This document shows, one piece after another, positions 25,230 to 40,995 of a DNA stretch of 64,000 nucleotides. Below the pieces are notes generated by a model, which saw nothing but the letters and a program-made list of their open reading frames with translations, made no database searches and was not told where the DNA came from. Origin of the DNA: Eledone cirrhosa (Eukaryota); assembly GCA_964016885.1 (NCBI GenBank), contig OZ024743.1, forward strand, positions 155,930,001 to 155,994,000. The letters are read 5' to 3'. Numbering within the stretch: the stretch's first letter is position 1; every line of letters begins with the position of its first letter. Made by a program: the position numbers and the translations under genes.

Positions 25230-28200
25230 CACAAAGAGAAGTGTTACACAGTGAGATGTGTGTAAATAATTATTACAAGTGATTTTACCGTTACTGTATA
25301 GGGAACAATATCTACATATTAGCAATTAAATAGAACAAAAACCAATTCAGAATCAAATCTCTGGATTAGAGTTTTAAATCACAAACCTTACAACTATATT
25401 TTGCTGATACGAATCTAGCTTCGTTTCACCAATTATATGTGCAGTATCAGTTCACAAGGATCCTCAGTCAGCAAACGCGAACACTGAACACTACACATCT
25501 AACCTCATGGATAGAGAGATTGCAAATAGACACGCTGGACAGAGTAGGGTGAAATCACGTGTTATAAGAATCTAATAACGGCTCTCATGGATTGGGGAAG
25601 ATGCTAGAAAGTGCAGCCTTAACATTCGAATTATTAGCTCAACAATTTGGAGCTCATTAAGTATACACAGATCGGAATTAAGAGTATTCCGCAGTTCACT
25701 GTAATAATAATAATAATAGTATTAGCTCAAAAAGGAATAGAGAATGTCCTTCTGAGCTCAAATGCAAGTATATATTACACAAAGAGAAGTGTGTTACACA
25801 GTGAGATGTGTGTAAATAATTATTACAAGTGATTTTACCGTTACTGTATAGGGAACAATATCTACAGGTTGGCAATTAAATAGAAAAAAATCTAATTCAG
25901 AATCAAATCTCTGGATTAGAGTTTTAACAACACAACCAGGTGCTGGACATATCGATGTATTGATGGAGTAAAACACTTTAACAACATGTGTACCTGTCTC
26001 TCTCACACCAATTCGGACTGCCTAAAAAGGTCACAGCCAATGATGGCTGTCACTAACATATTTATAGCAGTATATATATAATTTATAATAAACGAAGCCA
26101 AATTTTACATATTTGACTTACTTATTTCATATATATTTTGTGTGTGTGTGTATGTGCGTTAAGTATTTCAGTAGAAAAGGTAAGGGAAAGAAAATTGCTC
26201 TATCTATAGTACAGTGTGTTTTTAATTATGTAATAAAGAACGCAATATAATTATTCCATTACCCAACGTTTCGCGAATTTAGACGATTCTGAGAGAAACG
26301 TCTGATATCTGACGAAATACTTTAACAATAGATAGAAAGTTAATGTATCTATATTTGTTGTTAATTTTCTTTTTGTATAATTATCCAAGTCCCATAGTCA
26401 ATTTGAAATATTAAAGTTTAATTCATAAAACTTAAACGTATTACAAATTAAATTGTATACGGAAACTTGCACAGGATAACAACTACACTTGATCAAAGGA
26501 GGTAACGAAAAGTAGGATATTACTGAAGATTTAAGCACAAAATTATACGCAGGTTATTATTGTGGAATCAATTCACTGGTGATGCAGTAAAAGAAGACCT
26601 GCTCGAACATTCATCGATTGACTCTGAAATGATTCAAGCTTCAGTAACGTGCAGTTTCCAATGAAATATCACGAATTCTTGTGAGATTTTTCGGGATTGT
26701 TCGACTATGCTGGCAATGATGATAAATCAATAACGATAGAAACATGTATATAACTGAAATGGTAACTGTTATTTAATCAGTATTTTCTTGTGTTTCTTCA
26801 TTTCATAATCATTTCTCAGAATGATTAGAAAATGTGTAATCAACTTTTGCCGCGTGATTGGATTTAGATATTTTTTCTCATTTTTGATTTAGAAAATTGT
26901 AATTTCGATAATGGAATTTAATTATTTAAACATTTAATAGTTTTGCTATTTAACGCTAGCCATAACTTTACTAGTGTTTCCATCGTCAATTTTTAATTTT
27001 TGTTTTGAATTTTCCTCTATTTAGTCAATGCTATGGTTCTAGTTTGTACATAAAAAAACGTTTAATGGTGGTATGTGCACAAACTCAATAAACCAGCCAG
27101 GACTATCAAATTCAGTGACCTGCACCAAGCTGCAGACAAACATTTCTGAACTATTACGCGAAGTAAATATATTTGCGTCACCCCTCGGAATTAAAAACAT
27201 GTATGGCCTCATATATATTAAATTACACGTCTCAGAATCAACGAAGAAATATGCATGTGTTAAATCAGCTAGCTGAAAGTACAGACAATTGTACATATTG
27301 AGTATCATTACGGAAATCGATTAGATGTCATAGCAATATCTACGATATGAATAACCAAAATCTCAGGATTCATGTTTTAATCTTCCATAAATATTTATTA
27401 TCTATATATCTCACCACACGTATGCAAGTCATGCAAATTAGATTCATCATGTATGGTACTCCCTATAACATGTCAATTATAGAGTTTTTATAGTAATATT
27501 CATACATACTCGGAAACATATATGTAGTTATTTTGTGAAGAGAACACAACAATGCATAGATGCAAGGGAATCATCTTTTCTGATTTGTGTGTACATATTA
27601 GTTGAACATATTTTAATTTCACAGTACGATATTACAAATCAAAGTCGGTATTTATATCTACCTTAGTTTTACCCTGAATTTTCATATACATAAAAGTGAA
27701 AAATGCGTATGTTTAGGAAGTCATATAATGGAAGTTTATTTTATAATTACTGAGAACAAGACGGGACAGAAATGAGAGTAACTTTGCTTCTTTTGCAGCC
27801 AGCATTTCCCGTTTTCACGTTAAGATATTTTGTTTACATTTGTGTCTGTTTGATGCCAGGCTAGATGCTTGTGGTGTGGAATTTCTTTCAAGGACGTGGA
27901 AACTAAGAAACCATCATGGTTTAAATTTAACCTTGCTCTGTATTTTAAATGTTCAAATGTAAAGTCATTTCTAAATTAATTACAGAAGTACTAACAAAGA
28001 AAACACAATTTATGTGTGTAGCACATACCGCATAAGACAATTTTCTGAGGCTGTACACAACATATCACAACCGTGAATGTATCCGAACATATATACAAAT
28101 CAACATTTCTTCATTCAATATTTATCATAAAATATCCTATATCCAATAAAGAAACTATTCGTAAAATAATAGGAAACAGCTCTACGCATGAAACACAGTC

Positions 28201-30276
28201 AGTCAAAACTAACAAGAAACACGAGAGAATAACATATATACATATACATGTGTGTGTTGCGGTTTTGGGTTGCTATGTACTTATAACACAAGAGAGCACT
28301 AAACCGTGGCGATAATCAATCCTTCTGTACATCTTAAAACTGCATGCACATAAGTCAGGATGTCAGCTAGTGCACATCCACAGACAGGAACTCCACCACA
28401 AGACAAGATGTGAATTAAAAGGAATTTGCAAAATATCACTCAACAAACCTATTAATACACATTCATACATAAACATCACTTAGAAGTGTTAATGGAAACT
28501 TTGAAATAAATGTTAACTAATTGAAACTACTTATTAGCAAGGTGTTAGGTATTTAAGAGCTTCTTAATCCCCACATAAACATGGTACATGAGCGTCTGTC
28601 AAACTGTCATAGAGGCATTGAAAGCATGGTGTATTTTACATAGCTCCTTGGTGTTTATATATTTGTATACGATGTTTCGTACGTGAATAGGTTTTATTTG
28701 TGGCAATTTAATATATAAAAATGTATAATGTAATCTGACTCTCGTTAGGTTAATTTACGTGAAGTATAGACACATTTATGAGTATTTGAATACGTTAGCG
28801 TCCGTTTCGACTAGAAGTTGGTGTATGATAACAGTTGTACGAACGTTTTTCGTGAGGGTCACGCCATCGGTTAGCTTGGGATCTAATAGTCAGGTTTTTC
28901 CTCTGGAGGACGCAGATGTATACTTGCAAATTTCCAGTACTTCAAAACCACTGCATATTGCTCTCGAACAATATGTAAATTAGCACTACCCTATACAGCC
29001 GAAATATACACACAATTCTGTAAAGTATGGGAATATTCTTTCAAGCACAGATAATATATACATTTTAGATGCACACGTTCAGTATATTTCGAGGTGTACT
29101 ACTCTCTTTGATTAAGAGAAATGGTTTCAAACGTAAATGTTATTTAAATCACAGATGCGCCGAATTGATTGTTTGCCTGAAAATGTTAGCACAATTTTAT
29201 CGTATATTGTCTCAATGAATATTGAAATTGTATCAACTAATATCCAAGCAGCTTAAAAGTAAAAATTATTGAAGTGTATTGCATGCAACGTAGAATAAAG
29301 TGAAAGAAGCACTATGAGAAATAAATGAGAAACTAACATCTGTCTGAAAATATATAATTCTGTATAATTCCTTAATAGTTGCATGGTGATTATTATTAGT
29401 TCACTTTCAACGTCATCTCCCAGATGCTACTTTATTACTAAAATGAGTTAGCAGTAAAGATTTATCAATTGCCAGCTTATCTAATATCGGTACTACATAT
29501 TTAATTATGTTGACAAAAAGCAATACACTTGTGTTGTTGAGTACAATTTATTTGTAATCAAAATATATCCAAATTGCTTAAATCGAATCAAGTAAAATTG
29601 TAAAGGAAGTTAAAATGTATTGAATAGTGCTATGGAATATTTAGCTGGAGTTTCCTATATTTTATGTAACATTCATACAAATCAACTCGTAAACTGACAT
29701 GTTTACATATTTAAACACACAAAGAAAGTTCATCCTTGCAAATTTCAATATATTTTACGAATTGATAAATCTTTCTATTGTATGTAAATAGAAACCTGAG
29801 GTTATTTGCCAAATAGCAAATGGCCAGAGCAGCAGTAAAACGTTTGTGGAACATAGATTTAAAGGTTTGCGGAAATTCAAAATATTATTATTCCTGTATT
29901 GTATGAACTACAATCCAATCATTCGGTGATGGAACTCTAATTTAGGTCGGTACCTTATTTTTCAATACTCTACTGTGTCATTTTTGAAAACGTCATAAGT
30001 ATTTTCATGTTGTTCATGCATTAAAACTAGAACCTTATAGGGCATTGATGTAGTTGTCGGTCCTGTGTCATAGCACGCATCTAAAGATGATTTTTACATG
30101 ACTTTCAGTCGGTAGTTCGGTAAGCGATGATTTATGTGTTTGTTCTCACTGTACTTGTTGATATATTTCCTTGAATACGCTCACAAATTCTGGATAATCA
30201 CCCACTCACTCTCTCTCTCTCTATTTATCTTTCTTTCTCACCCCCTCTCTCTCTGTATATATACATATATATATAA

Positions 30277-30880
30277 GGTAAATTTCTTTAAGTCGTTTGG
30301 AAGACTCGACAATGCAGATGGGTAAATCTCCGGGTAACAAGATCCGGTGGTGGAGAGAGAGATGTAAGTGGGTGTAAGTTGAGATGCGTCGCGTGTATAA
30401 GACTGTAGCGTGTAGAGCAATGAAGGAAAGAGCGTAAAGGATAAAATTAAAAATAAAATAACAACACGAGATAGAGTTACCTTGGGAGAGATTTAATTGT
30501 CCCTATATATTTCGGATACACATCCATCAACTGGGGGTTTTTCCGCAAGGTTGTCTGTCGGAAAGGTGCGAAACGTGTCCTCCGCTGTTCGTTGTTTTGA
30601 ATATCTCTGGTATTCAGCAGAGCGCGCGTGCGCGTGCGATGTGGTCGGTCAAGCAAAGGTCAGCGGCCGAAGTAGGTCTTTCAATTGTGGGAGTGGGTGG
30701 TAATAGCTGTCAGTCCATAGTATTTTCTGCCTGTTTGGTGAATGTTACTTTGCGTGTGTGTTTGTGCGTGTGTAGTTGTCTCTATTGAGTGTGTGTGTCT
30801 GTGTGCGTGTGTTGTTGCCTTGTTCCTCTGTATTGGCAGTGTAGTATGTTCATATGGTTGGATGCTACTGTGTGTGTGTG

Positions 30881-30944
<64 letters not shown>

Positions 30945-33740
30945 GTTGCTGTCTCGCTTGTGTGTGTACGTGCGTTGCTGAATCGTTTGTTAACTTAAAC
31001 CAACCACCTCATTTCGCTTCTCTCGGATCGGTTGTTTAATGGTGGCCCTAGGCATTTGATCCAAAGTGCTTCCTTGATACGTAATGTGCCGACGTTTCTT
31101 TCTGTCGCTAGAATTGTCAAAATGGGCCTTCCGTCTTTGTTTCCGCATTTGGCTATGCGTTTTAATAAAAAACGAGGCATTGGTGTTAGTGTGCTCCTTG
31201 ATGCGGATGTGCAACCGCCGGATTGTTCTACCTGTATAGTATTGGTTGCACTTGTTACATTCTATCTTATACACGACGTATGTGCATAGGCAACAGTTCG
31301 CATGGCGCATCAGGCAGTCTCTGAGGTAGCACGCGTCAGTTGATTTCCCGGGTTTCCTGGAGAGGCATTCCTGGAGTGGGCCAGGTGGATGTCGAGAACC
31401 TCCCTCCGTATAGCCTTGCGGATAGCGTTGGTGGTATTCTCGCCCAGGTGTGGCATTTTAAGGAAGCACTTTCTTTGGGTGCCTCTCTGTCTCTTGTGTC
31501 TGGTGTCTCCTACTCTGTCTGTGAGCGAGGTAGGGTACCCGTTCGTCTCCAGCACCTCGAAAAATCGCTTGGTATGAGTGACACCACTCGCGGGATTGCT
31601 GCATCTGTTTTTGATTCGCGTGATCTAGTTCGTGATGTATCCTGTTTTGGCACTGTTAGGGAGGGCGGACTTGTAGTGGACGAACAGGTCCTTGCAGGCT
31701 GCCTTTCGGTAGAAGTTACAGTGGAACCCACCCTGTTCCGTGATATTGATTCGGAAGTCGAGGAGGGCAATTGAGCCGTCGTCGGTGGTGTGTTCAACAC
31801 TGAATCAATGTACTCGTCCGTGTTGTTGAACGTCTCATAGATTCTGTTCGCCATGTCTTGCGAAAATCTGAGGATGAGGATATCGCACACGTACCCTGAG
31901 AAAAAGTCGACGGCGTTGGGGTTGCAGGCGTTGAGTGCCTTGCGCTCGAGGCTGTCCATGTAAGAGATCGCTAGCAAACCCGACAGGCTTGATCCCATGG
32001 GCAGTCCCGATGTTTGTTGGTATGTTTGTTCAAGGAATCCGAAGTAGGTGTTGTCGACGACGATGGATAGGAGTTGGTGGATGTCAGTGGTGGTGAGTCC
32101 GAAGCAGTGTAGGTCGGTAGATTTGACGCGTTCCATCAGTATATTAACGGCCGGGAGTGCCGGAACCCAGGTGTAGAGAGCAACTACATCAAGGCTGAAG
32201 GCATATCTGTTATTCTTTCTGGTGTCGGGATCCATTTGATGCAGGCGCTTCAACACCTCCTTGGAGCTGCTAACGTGCCCCGGCAAGTTGTCTAAGATGG
32301 GTTTGAGTATTTTGGCTAGGAGCCATGAAATTCTGTAGTGTGTTCCTTCCACGCTCGATACAATGGGCCTGATCTTCAGGTCGGGTCCCTGTTTGTGTGT
32401 TATCACGTGATGGTAGAAGGCGGGTAGTCTGCTGTTCCTCGTGAGGGGGTTGTATCACAGCTTCTTCGGGAGCTTCCGTCGGTCTCAGATGTTGGTCCAG
32501 GCGGTGTTGATGTGCTCTTCTATCTACGCGGGAGTGATTCCCGTGACTTTGGATTAGATGTTGTCATCGTCAAGGTGTTGTAGGCCTCTCTGCTGATGAC
32601 GCAGAATTATTTTCCCTTGGCGGAGGGGAGTAGATGAGGTTCTTCAATTTTAGTTTGGAGAGAGTGGTGAGTTGATATTTGGTGAGGTTGTATGTTGTGC
32701 GTGTGTGTGTGTGTTTGTGAAGTATATCCGAGATGGAGTGTTTTAGCCTGATGAGTTTAGTGTCGAGTTTGTGGTTGGTGGGCGGGGCGTGGAGTGGGTT
32801 GTCGGGGTGGTAAGTGGGGAACTTGGGGTGCGTTGCGTGGGCGCTGTTATTTTCTGTGGCGCTGTTCATGGCGGGCACCCATTTAATTTGGTAAGCTTCT
32901 CGACAAAATTTGGCCTCGATGTCGAGTTTGAGTCTGTCGTCGGGTCGTTGAGAGACGATGAACTTGGGTCCGAGTTGTAGGAGTTTCAGCTCGTCGCTCA
33001 TGAGAGTGCCGGTTATATCGGTGACCAAGTGCGTCGCATCGTTGAGGTGTGGCTCGGTGTTGGTGAATGCGGCGGTGGCGGTTGTTACGTTGTTGTTTTC
33101 CATGTGGTTCTGGTCCGTCTGTTCGTTAGTGTCGATGTTCTCGTTGTGGAGTTTAGACAAGATCCACTCATATTTCCGCTTGAGCCGTTTTTTCTCGTAT
33201 TGGACTCTGGAGTGGTAGTACTGGTCGATTGCTTTAGTGATTTTCAGGAGCAAGTCGCCGGGTGTTATTGACAGTCGATGTGGTGTCCGCTCTGTGAGTG
33301 TCCGTTTATGGATGTGTAATTGGCGGTTGAGATGTCTCAGGATCTGTTTAATACACGTGCGATGTATGCGGTTAGTGGTGTTTTGGAAAGCTGGTGTACG
33401 TAGACTTACTGGTAAGCGGATGTTCCTGATGGTGTTGGGGATGACATCGTTTTTTAGGCAGCGTTTCATGAAAATAATTTGACAACTAGCATTGGCCCAT
33501 TTCTCCGACAGTCTAAAGAGTTCCCTTACGGATGCAAACAATTCCTGGTTCAGGTGTAAGGATAAGAGAGTATTCAGTTTGCTTGAAGCATTGTGGAATA
33601 ATAAGGTACATTTCTTTAAGTCGATTGGAAGCCTCGACAATGCAGATGGGTAAATCTCCGGTTAACAAGATCCGGTGGTGGAGAGAAAGATGTAAGTGGG
33701 TGTACGTTAAGATGCGTGGCGTGTATAAGACTGTAGCGTG
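30277..33740 (-). mobile_element. Near-full Penelope/Poseidon-type PLE with direct terminal repeat (30277-~30410 matches 33603-33740), flanked by TA tracts
   Basis: The ORF remnants and the terminal direct repeat include the start of the ORF, which is the partial-tandem layout typical of PLEs. Confidence 0.9.
30990..33640 (-). pseudogene. PLE RT plus GIY-YIG polyprotein, frameshifted
   Basis: IFMKRCLKNDVIP (N-terminal), IRPIVS, SLDVVALYT, GLPMGSSLS, YVCD (decayed YVDD) and VVYKIECNKCNQYYTGRT.RRL..RIKEH. Confidence 0.9.
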
Positions 33741-36346
33741 TATATATATATATAACCAGTAACAATATATTTATATATGATAATTGTATGAATATTGTTG
33801 ATGTAGAATACCTTTATTTCTACACACGGTCTGAGTTTCATATTAGAAGTAAACTATTTCATGTATATGTTATTATTTTCAGAAAGAAGTAGCTTTGTTA
33901 GTTTAAATACATGCTTTCTATGATGGGAAAAAAGTATCTTTTGTGTCAGACCAACTTCAACAAAATGCGGCTTTTCTCTAAAACAAAATTTGTCTTTGGA
34001 ATATAGAACAACTATCTTCTTTGTTCCACGAATTCTATATATAATGTGTTTACTATATACACTGCTCATCTAAAGAGCTGAAACTACTCTAATGATGTGT
34101 GTGCGTGTGTTTCTTTTTTTCAGTAATTACTGCTAGTATTATGTATTTGTTTACAGTTGCCACATTTATATTTTATGTAGAACGTTAGGCTAAATTTTAA
34201 TTCGTGATTACTTAACATAAGAATCTGGATATTTATAACATTTTATCCAACTTGAAGTGCTTGTGTTTTGTATTGGTGCATGCAGGAGAGGGCGATCAAG
34301 CGTATCACTGACGTATTTTAGTCATGCTTTTATAAAGTATTATATTTGCTCTCTATATTTAAAAAATATGTCTCAAATAATATATATTGGAATGCCTCAT
34401 ATCGGAGCTAAATGTTTGTATTCAATATTTTAATCTTCCAAAAATATATGTGCTGTACATATGAAAACATCTGGTGTGATCAATTTTACTCCCCGTTTCA
34501 CTGTCATTATGTTTAGAAACATGCCTACTTATATTTAGTATATAAGTCCCAATGAAAATTACCAAATTATAGAATTAAATGTCATACTACTTTATTTAAG
34601 TAATACATTTCTAATGAAAATCCAACTAAACTCGAGAGATGTATTTTGTGACAATCAATGAATTATTGAACATGTCAGTTTCTGTTCCAGTATAGACAAA
34701 TACAGTACAAATTCACCTATTTCTGTATAAACCCTGTTACATCAGACCAGGAAATAAGAATATATGAAAGAACAAACACATCGGCTGTTCTTTCAACGCA
34801 TCGAGCCAAATTAAATCATATGGCATTTACTGTGGGGACGTACAATTAGATTACATGGTTATATAAATATATACATTTTTAATAAATATTCGATATGTGT
34901 GCATGTGTGTATGTGTGTTTTGGCGTGTGTGCGTTGTGCGTGTGTGCGTGGAGGTGTTGTAAGAATACAATGAGTTTAATCAATGAATCTATTTGGAAAT
35001 ATGAATTATATATTTATTTCTGGAATTCCGGTGAATGATTATTCTTCTGTGATTCCATATACAAGATCGCCTGTCCAATTAAACAGTTGCTTTTACGCCG
35101 CGATAATACATGCATCTAATAACCAATTCCAGGATTTACGTTTTAATCTTTCAATCACCTTCCGTAATCATTGCCTTAAACATTTAAAAATAACATGTTT
35201 TATTTGCAACAGCTCCTAACAACTTCCAATCCTAAATTTATGCTCAGCACCAAAAAGTATTACCTTACAATGAACCAACATATGCCCTTGTGTGAGATAT
35301 TTGGATTTCAAATCACGCTGAAATTTTAATATAACCAACAAAATAGATTAGTTGCATTGGCTAATGCATTAAATTGACAATGGCGTGAAAATCAATAGTG
35401 AAATATCATACACTCGGGATCAATACATTTTTATACAACAGAGGCATTAAAATATAATGGCAAGTAGAACATATACCGAATACATTAGTCGCATGGTTAT
35501 TATCGGTAGCAGTAATGTCCTTATTATAAAAAAGGGAATATAAGTCAGAATGTGTTATAAAACTTATTTGTGTGGATTAAATGCTTTATATATTAACTGG
35601 AGAAAATTATACTACCAGTTAACATCATGAAACAAATCCAACTATATGAACCCCAATATGTGACTTGATAACGATCCTGAATCTAATTAAAACTATGATG
35701 ATGAGAGCGATGATGTATTTTGTGATGATAACGATGATTACAGTTGTGGTCATTGGAAGGAAGACGACATTAACTCTAGGAAACTGGCGTTAACGTTATA
35801 GCTGAACATCAGCTTCAGAAACAGAAACCACGATAATCATCACCTCGATATCCACAACTATTTCACTACCCTGACCGTCACTACCCCTATTATCCGCAAA
35901 CATCACCAGCACCAACAACAAAGTACTATTCAGCTACGTCAATTTCACAAGCATCGACGACATTGGCCCACAGTTAAAAACTAACAGAATCTGAGAATCA
36001 CAGAATTTCGTTAAGATAGCTTAAAAGTTCAAAGATTGAAGTGCCCTGAACAGAGACTTTAGAATTATAAGCAGGCAAAACTTCTATGATTTAAGAGAGT
36101 ATCTGAGCAAATGTACAAGCGAGTCATTGATTTAAATTCTACAGCAAGGCATTACTAATTGAATTATTTTTATTGGGAAAATAAATCACAATTCACGTTT
36201 GATTTGTTTCTGGTACTACTTCTTATTTCTTTGTGGTGCTTCGTGCTTTATGTTTTGTTTAAAATTCTTATTTAAAATTTGTGTTCTTTCCATTTCATTT
36301 TGATATTACATACGCCATAGAAGAAACATACACACACACACAGCAC

Positions 36347-36396
<50 letters not shown>

Positions 36397-36397
36397 T

Positions 36398-36470
<73 letters not shown>

Positions 36471-36492
36471 GTGTATATATATATATATACAC

Positions 36493-36576
<84 letters not shown>

Positions 36577-37169
36577 GGTAATATTCTGTGCTGCGTAAAT
36601 GTGTGAACGTATAGATGTATATGGTTGTAAGTTCGCATAAATCAATACAGGGATACATGTAGTTATACAATAAACTTATCCATATACATATACGTGTGAA
36701 GATATTTCTGCTTTATATTGTTTTATTTTGTTTAATTCTTATGTGCCCGCGCCTGTTTCCTTTAAGTATTGATGGAATATAAGAGAAATATTTCAATAGA
36801 AAGTATATATTTATCTGATTGCATGCTTCATAAACCTTTCTTCTCCTTGGACATAATAATGATGCATGCATGCGTATGTATGTCTTTGCATAAATATTTA
36901 CTTGGTTTGTAAGTATATTTGTGTGTGCGTCTCTCTCAGTGTGTGCGTCCCTGTGTGTGCATATGTATGTGAGGTACGACATTTTTATACACGAATTTAA
37001 TATCAATCGGTTGTTTGTGTCTTAACCTGTAACATATTATATATAGAGGACGGAATGTTTTGGATATATGGTTGATGATTGACATTGGTCTGCTGGAAAA
37101 TTTACAGATGGCTTCTTCTGATTTTCAATAGCCCAAGTATACATTAATTGAGAATTTGATAAATGTGAA

Positions 37170-37268
37170 TCTTCTTCTTCTTCTTCTTCTTCTTCTTCTT
37201 CTTCTTCTTCTTCTTCTTCTTCTTCTTCTTCTTCTTCTTCTTCTTCTTCTTCTTCTTCTTCTTCTTCT
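37170..37268. repeat. (CTT)n microsatellite; likely (GAA)n 3' tail of the adjacent minus-strand LINE
   Basis: About 33 units seen directly. Confidence 0.9.
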
Positions 37269-37269
37269 A

Positions 37270-39450
37270 CTTCGCCCCCAAGGGCGGTCCAGAAGCAGAG
37301 CCTTTAAAGAGGCCTTACAGCGGGTGTTTTCAGAGAACAACTATCTCTAATTCATCCAATTGGAATCCCAAAGAAGCCAGCTTAGATCTTCGATGCTATC
37401 CAAACACCTTGCTATTGGTCTAATCCTGGGTCTCTTAATGTTGGTTTTGTCCGTAAAATATTTCTATGGATCGTTTCCTGTGACATTTGAACCACAAGTC
37501 CTTAATATCGGAGTTGAAATCTCCGAATTTGGAGAAATGGCCCTTTCTTGGATATTCCTCAGTTCTCCAAGCAACGCACTCTTTCTAGTAACGTTATATT
37601 AAAGGCAATTCGAAGGAATCGTATTTCAGTCGATTGTATATGCAACATTAGCGCGAATACTGAATTGAAGATAGTGATTTTCAGTTTTACACCAACTCTA
37701 TTCTCCTGATTACGAAATATAATCGGAGCCCTCATTCATTTTCCTGCATGAACACCTACCCAAGCTACAGGAATCTTTCCACTCGTTTCATTGGAAATCC
37801 GCGCACATGTAGAGTCCTCTGCGCATGGGTAGATTACGATTGTCGAATTTTTCGGAATATTGATTTTCATTCCTAGCGTGCAAAACTTGGCAGCAATCCT
37901 ATTAAGTACATGTCGGATATCCCCTTCTGACAAGTTAAGTAATCAAATGTTGCCCACAAATTCCAGTCAACCAATCCTACACACCCCAGTGGTAACATTT
38001 ATAACCCAGCTGGCCATAAAGATTATGAACAGGAGAGGGGAATGTAGGAACCATTATTGGAGTCAAACAACCACTTTGAAAGTTTCTACTTTGCACCATT
38101 CATTCGAACAAAAGAAAAACTAGGATATTGACATAGGGACATCAGTTCAACAGACAGTTGTCCATCGCTGCAATAATTATTCATAACCATCCAAAACAGT
38201 TTCCGTAGATCAGGTTCGTACGCCTTCTATAGGACTGCGAATACCATACGCTTGTTGTCCACACTCCCATGATAACGCAAATACCTGCCGCAGTGTGAAT
38301 ATGTTGTCGTCTCTACAGTATCTGTGTCGAAATCACTTGGCCTTGAGTGTACCGAGGTGACGTAACGAGGAGGTCCCTCTAAAATTGGAGCAATCACCCT
38401 TGTTTCCACTGTTTAAAAATTGGGCTTCTAGATGCATGTACATCAGCAGCTGCTGTTGTCATCGGATTCGAGATATCTGCAAAATATTATCTCGAACTCC
38501 TGAGGATGCACGTCTCAAAGAAGAGGGTAAGTACAGACGCTTTCCAGATAACAGGCATGAAGAAAGACATCTTATTCCGAAATCGGTTGATGGTCTGCCA
38601 GAACACTTTATTTGCTGATCTGTAATCAGATTGCAGATTATCGCCAAATTCGTCCCATGTCTTAACATTGGATTATGTACTGTCCCTTCTGCGACTGTAC
38701 GCGCATGATTCTATTGCAAGTGCAAGAGAGACAATTTATTTCCAAGCAAAGTTTTGTAAACCTCATTATTTTCTCGGGTGTTGTCTATGACAACTTGATT
38801 TGTGCGAAGCTTCCCTCAGGCCACGCAGTGCCATGTCAAACTTGTTTCGCCTGGTTCAATTAACAGCTGAAGCAGAAACTACTATGGTTCAACGTTTTCA
38901 GTTTGCTTAGGGAGATGTTTGAATTGTGTTACAATCGTATCTACATAAATGGTCCTGAATTTCTCATCTACCAGTGCTTCACACTTTATCCTGTAGGTCG
39001 AGCTGAACGTGCAAATCGTCTGGGCTTTTTTGACTTTAAGTAGTCTGATGTCGATAACTAGGATTTGATCTGTTGATAGATCATCTCCTTTCAAAATACA
39101 AATATCCAGCACAGAATTGAAGAGATAAAAGAAAATAATAATATATGTATCTCTTTCCCCGATGTCTCACATATCATGTGTATTTATGGATGTTTTTGTG
39201 ATGAAAGAAATTATTTTTATTTAAGATAGATGTAGCACAAAATAAATGTAATAAGGCCTCTCCCTTCAATCGTGTGTTGAACGGTCTCACATTCTTACAA
39301 TCAGTCCTTTCCATTTTAGGATTCTTTCATGAGGATATATGGCTCAGTTTTAACTACATCGAAAACTCTTGTGGTGTCATCAAGGTAGGATCTGTATTCA
39401 GGTTCTCTTTTTGGTGCATGAACTGGCACCATATAGAGAACCTTTATTTC
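37270..39450 (-). mobile_element. Decayed RTE-like LINE (APE plus RT)
   Basis: Minus strand: SPLLFIIFM (~38030), LGMKINIPK (~37870), DLSTDQILV (SDH.LV-like, ~39070) and VHAP (~39415), with a (GAA)n tail. Confidence 0.65.
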
Positions 39451-40905
39451 ATCCTACGTTTCAAGAAGCAAATCTTCCATCGTGATGATGATGATGATGA
39501 TGACGATGAGGAGGAGTAGGAGGTCGATAAAGGTGAATGTTGATGACGCCGACGTGTTCGGTGCCGGAAATAAAAATGTTAGCACTATTTCATCGCCAAA
39601 TTCCCTCCCGTCTACTTAAACAGATATTTTCGTCAATGACGTTTGGAAATATCACTGAACCTTACACGGATCCCAGATATGCTAATTTAGCCCCCTTCCT
39701 TAGTCTAAATATTGCTTTACGTTACGAGAGGAACATTAGAAGGCAAAGTAAAATGAAAGAAGGAAAAAAAAATATCGAATTATATTTAATGAAATGAATT
39801 CAAATTTCTAAGCTAGGATTGAACTTCTATTCTACATGATCTTTAACGAAATATCTCAACATACATGGAAATACATTGATATATCTGCCTGAGTGGATTT
39901 TCACATGACGATTTTCATAACGATTCATAGGATTCTTGGCAAACATATTCAGATTTCAGTAAGGATATTGAAATCTCGTTAACAACCTTTTCTTGTGATA
40001 GCTGTTAATAGAAAGTAACTATTCATGTATAAAAATGGAAGACTAGTAAAGTGTTTCACTGCAACACCAAATGATTTTCTTACAAAATTTGCTTTCAACA
40101 AGAAGTCAACTAAATTGAAAGCGGGAAGCATGAAGTATGATTATCTACAAAAGAATATTGAAATTGCATTGTTCTTCACCAATCTTTATATATGATAAAC
40201 ATGAATAGATGCATGCGTTGTTACACCCTCACACATACATACACGTATATATATATATGTCTGTGTGTGTGTGCATATATGTATATATGTGCATATATAT
40301 GTATGTGCATGTATATATATATATATATATTAACGCCTATAGGCGTGTGTGTACGCATAAATATATATATATGTTTGTGTGTGTAGCATTCCATTGTATT
40401 GGGCTCCCGCGTGTATTTGCAGCATGTGAGAGTTTATTCTAAAAGTGGTAACACAAAATGATATATTTAAATTGAGGAAGAGCCACGTAATGTCTGTAAT
40501 AAAATGAAATCAATAGTTAATTCATCTGGTAAACACATACACGCTAACACATCCACAATGACATAAATACTTAAACGTGGACCCACACACATTAAAAAAA
40601 ACGCACCCCATCCATATATATATAGAGAGATATGTATATATCCATATATATATATAAATATATATATAATATATTTAGAAACACACAGATACATGCGGAC
40701 ACACACATATACATGAATGCATCCACACCCAACCGTGAGTTAATGGTGCCAACCTTACCGATGTTGCTCAATGAATGACTGGGACAGACCAATCCGGTTG
40801 AATTAGACTGAACCAGTATCAGAGTTAAAAATACATTATGAAGACAGAAGAAACATTTAGATATAATTAGTAATAAAATGTATCATACCTAAACAGCTCC
40901 TAGAT

Positions 40906-40995
40906 TCCTCGACTACGTAGTTTCGTGGCATAAACAAAAACAATACATCATAAAGATAAAGAGTCCTTGCGAGGTCTGCCGACTTATCAAGAGGA
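40906..40995 (-). ncRNA. Hammerhead ribozyme, U3-A8 core, extended stem II (mirror copy)
   Basis: Reverse complement of 41320-41409; core and stems are identical. Confidence 0.72.

Noticed and set aside
27039-27275. Possible minus-strand host exon (tttcag acceptor; VTEFDSP resembles the ABCC C-terminus)
   Set aside because: The match is only a short motif, with no surrounding ABC sequence and no partner exons identified.
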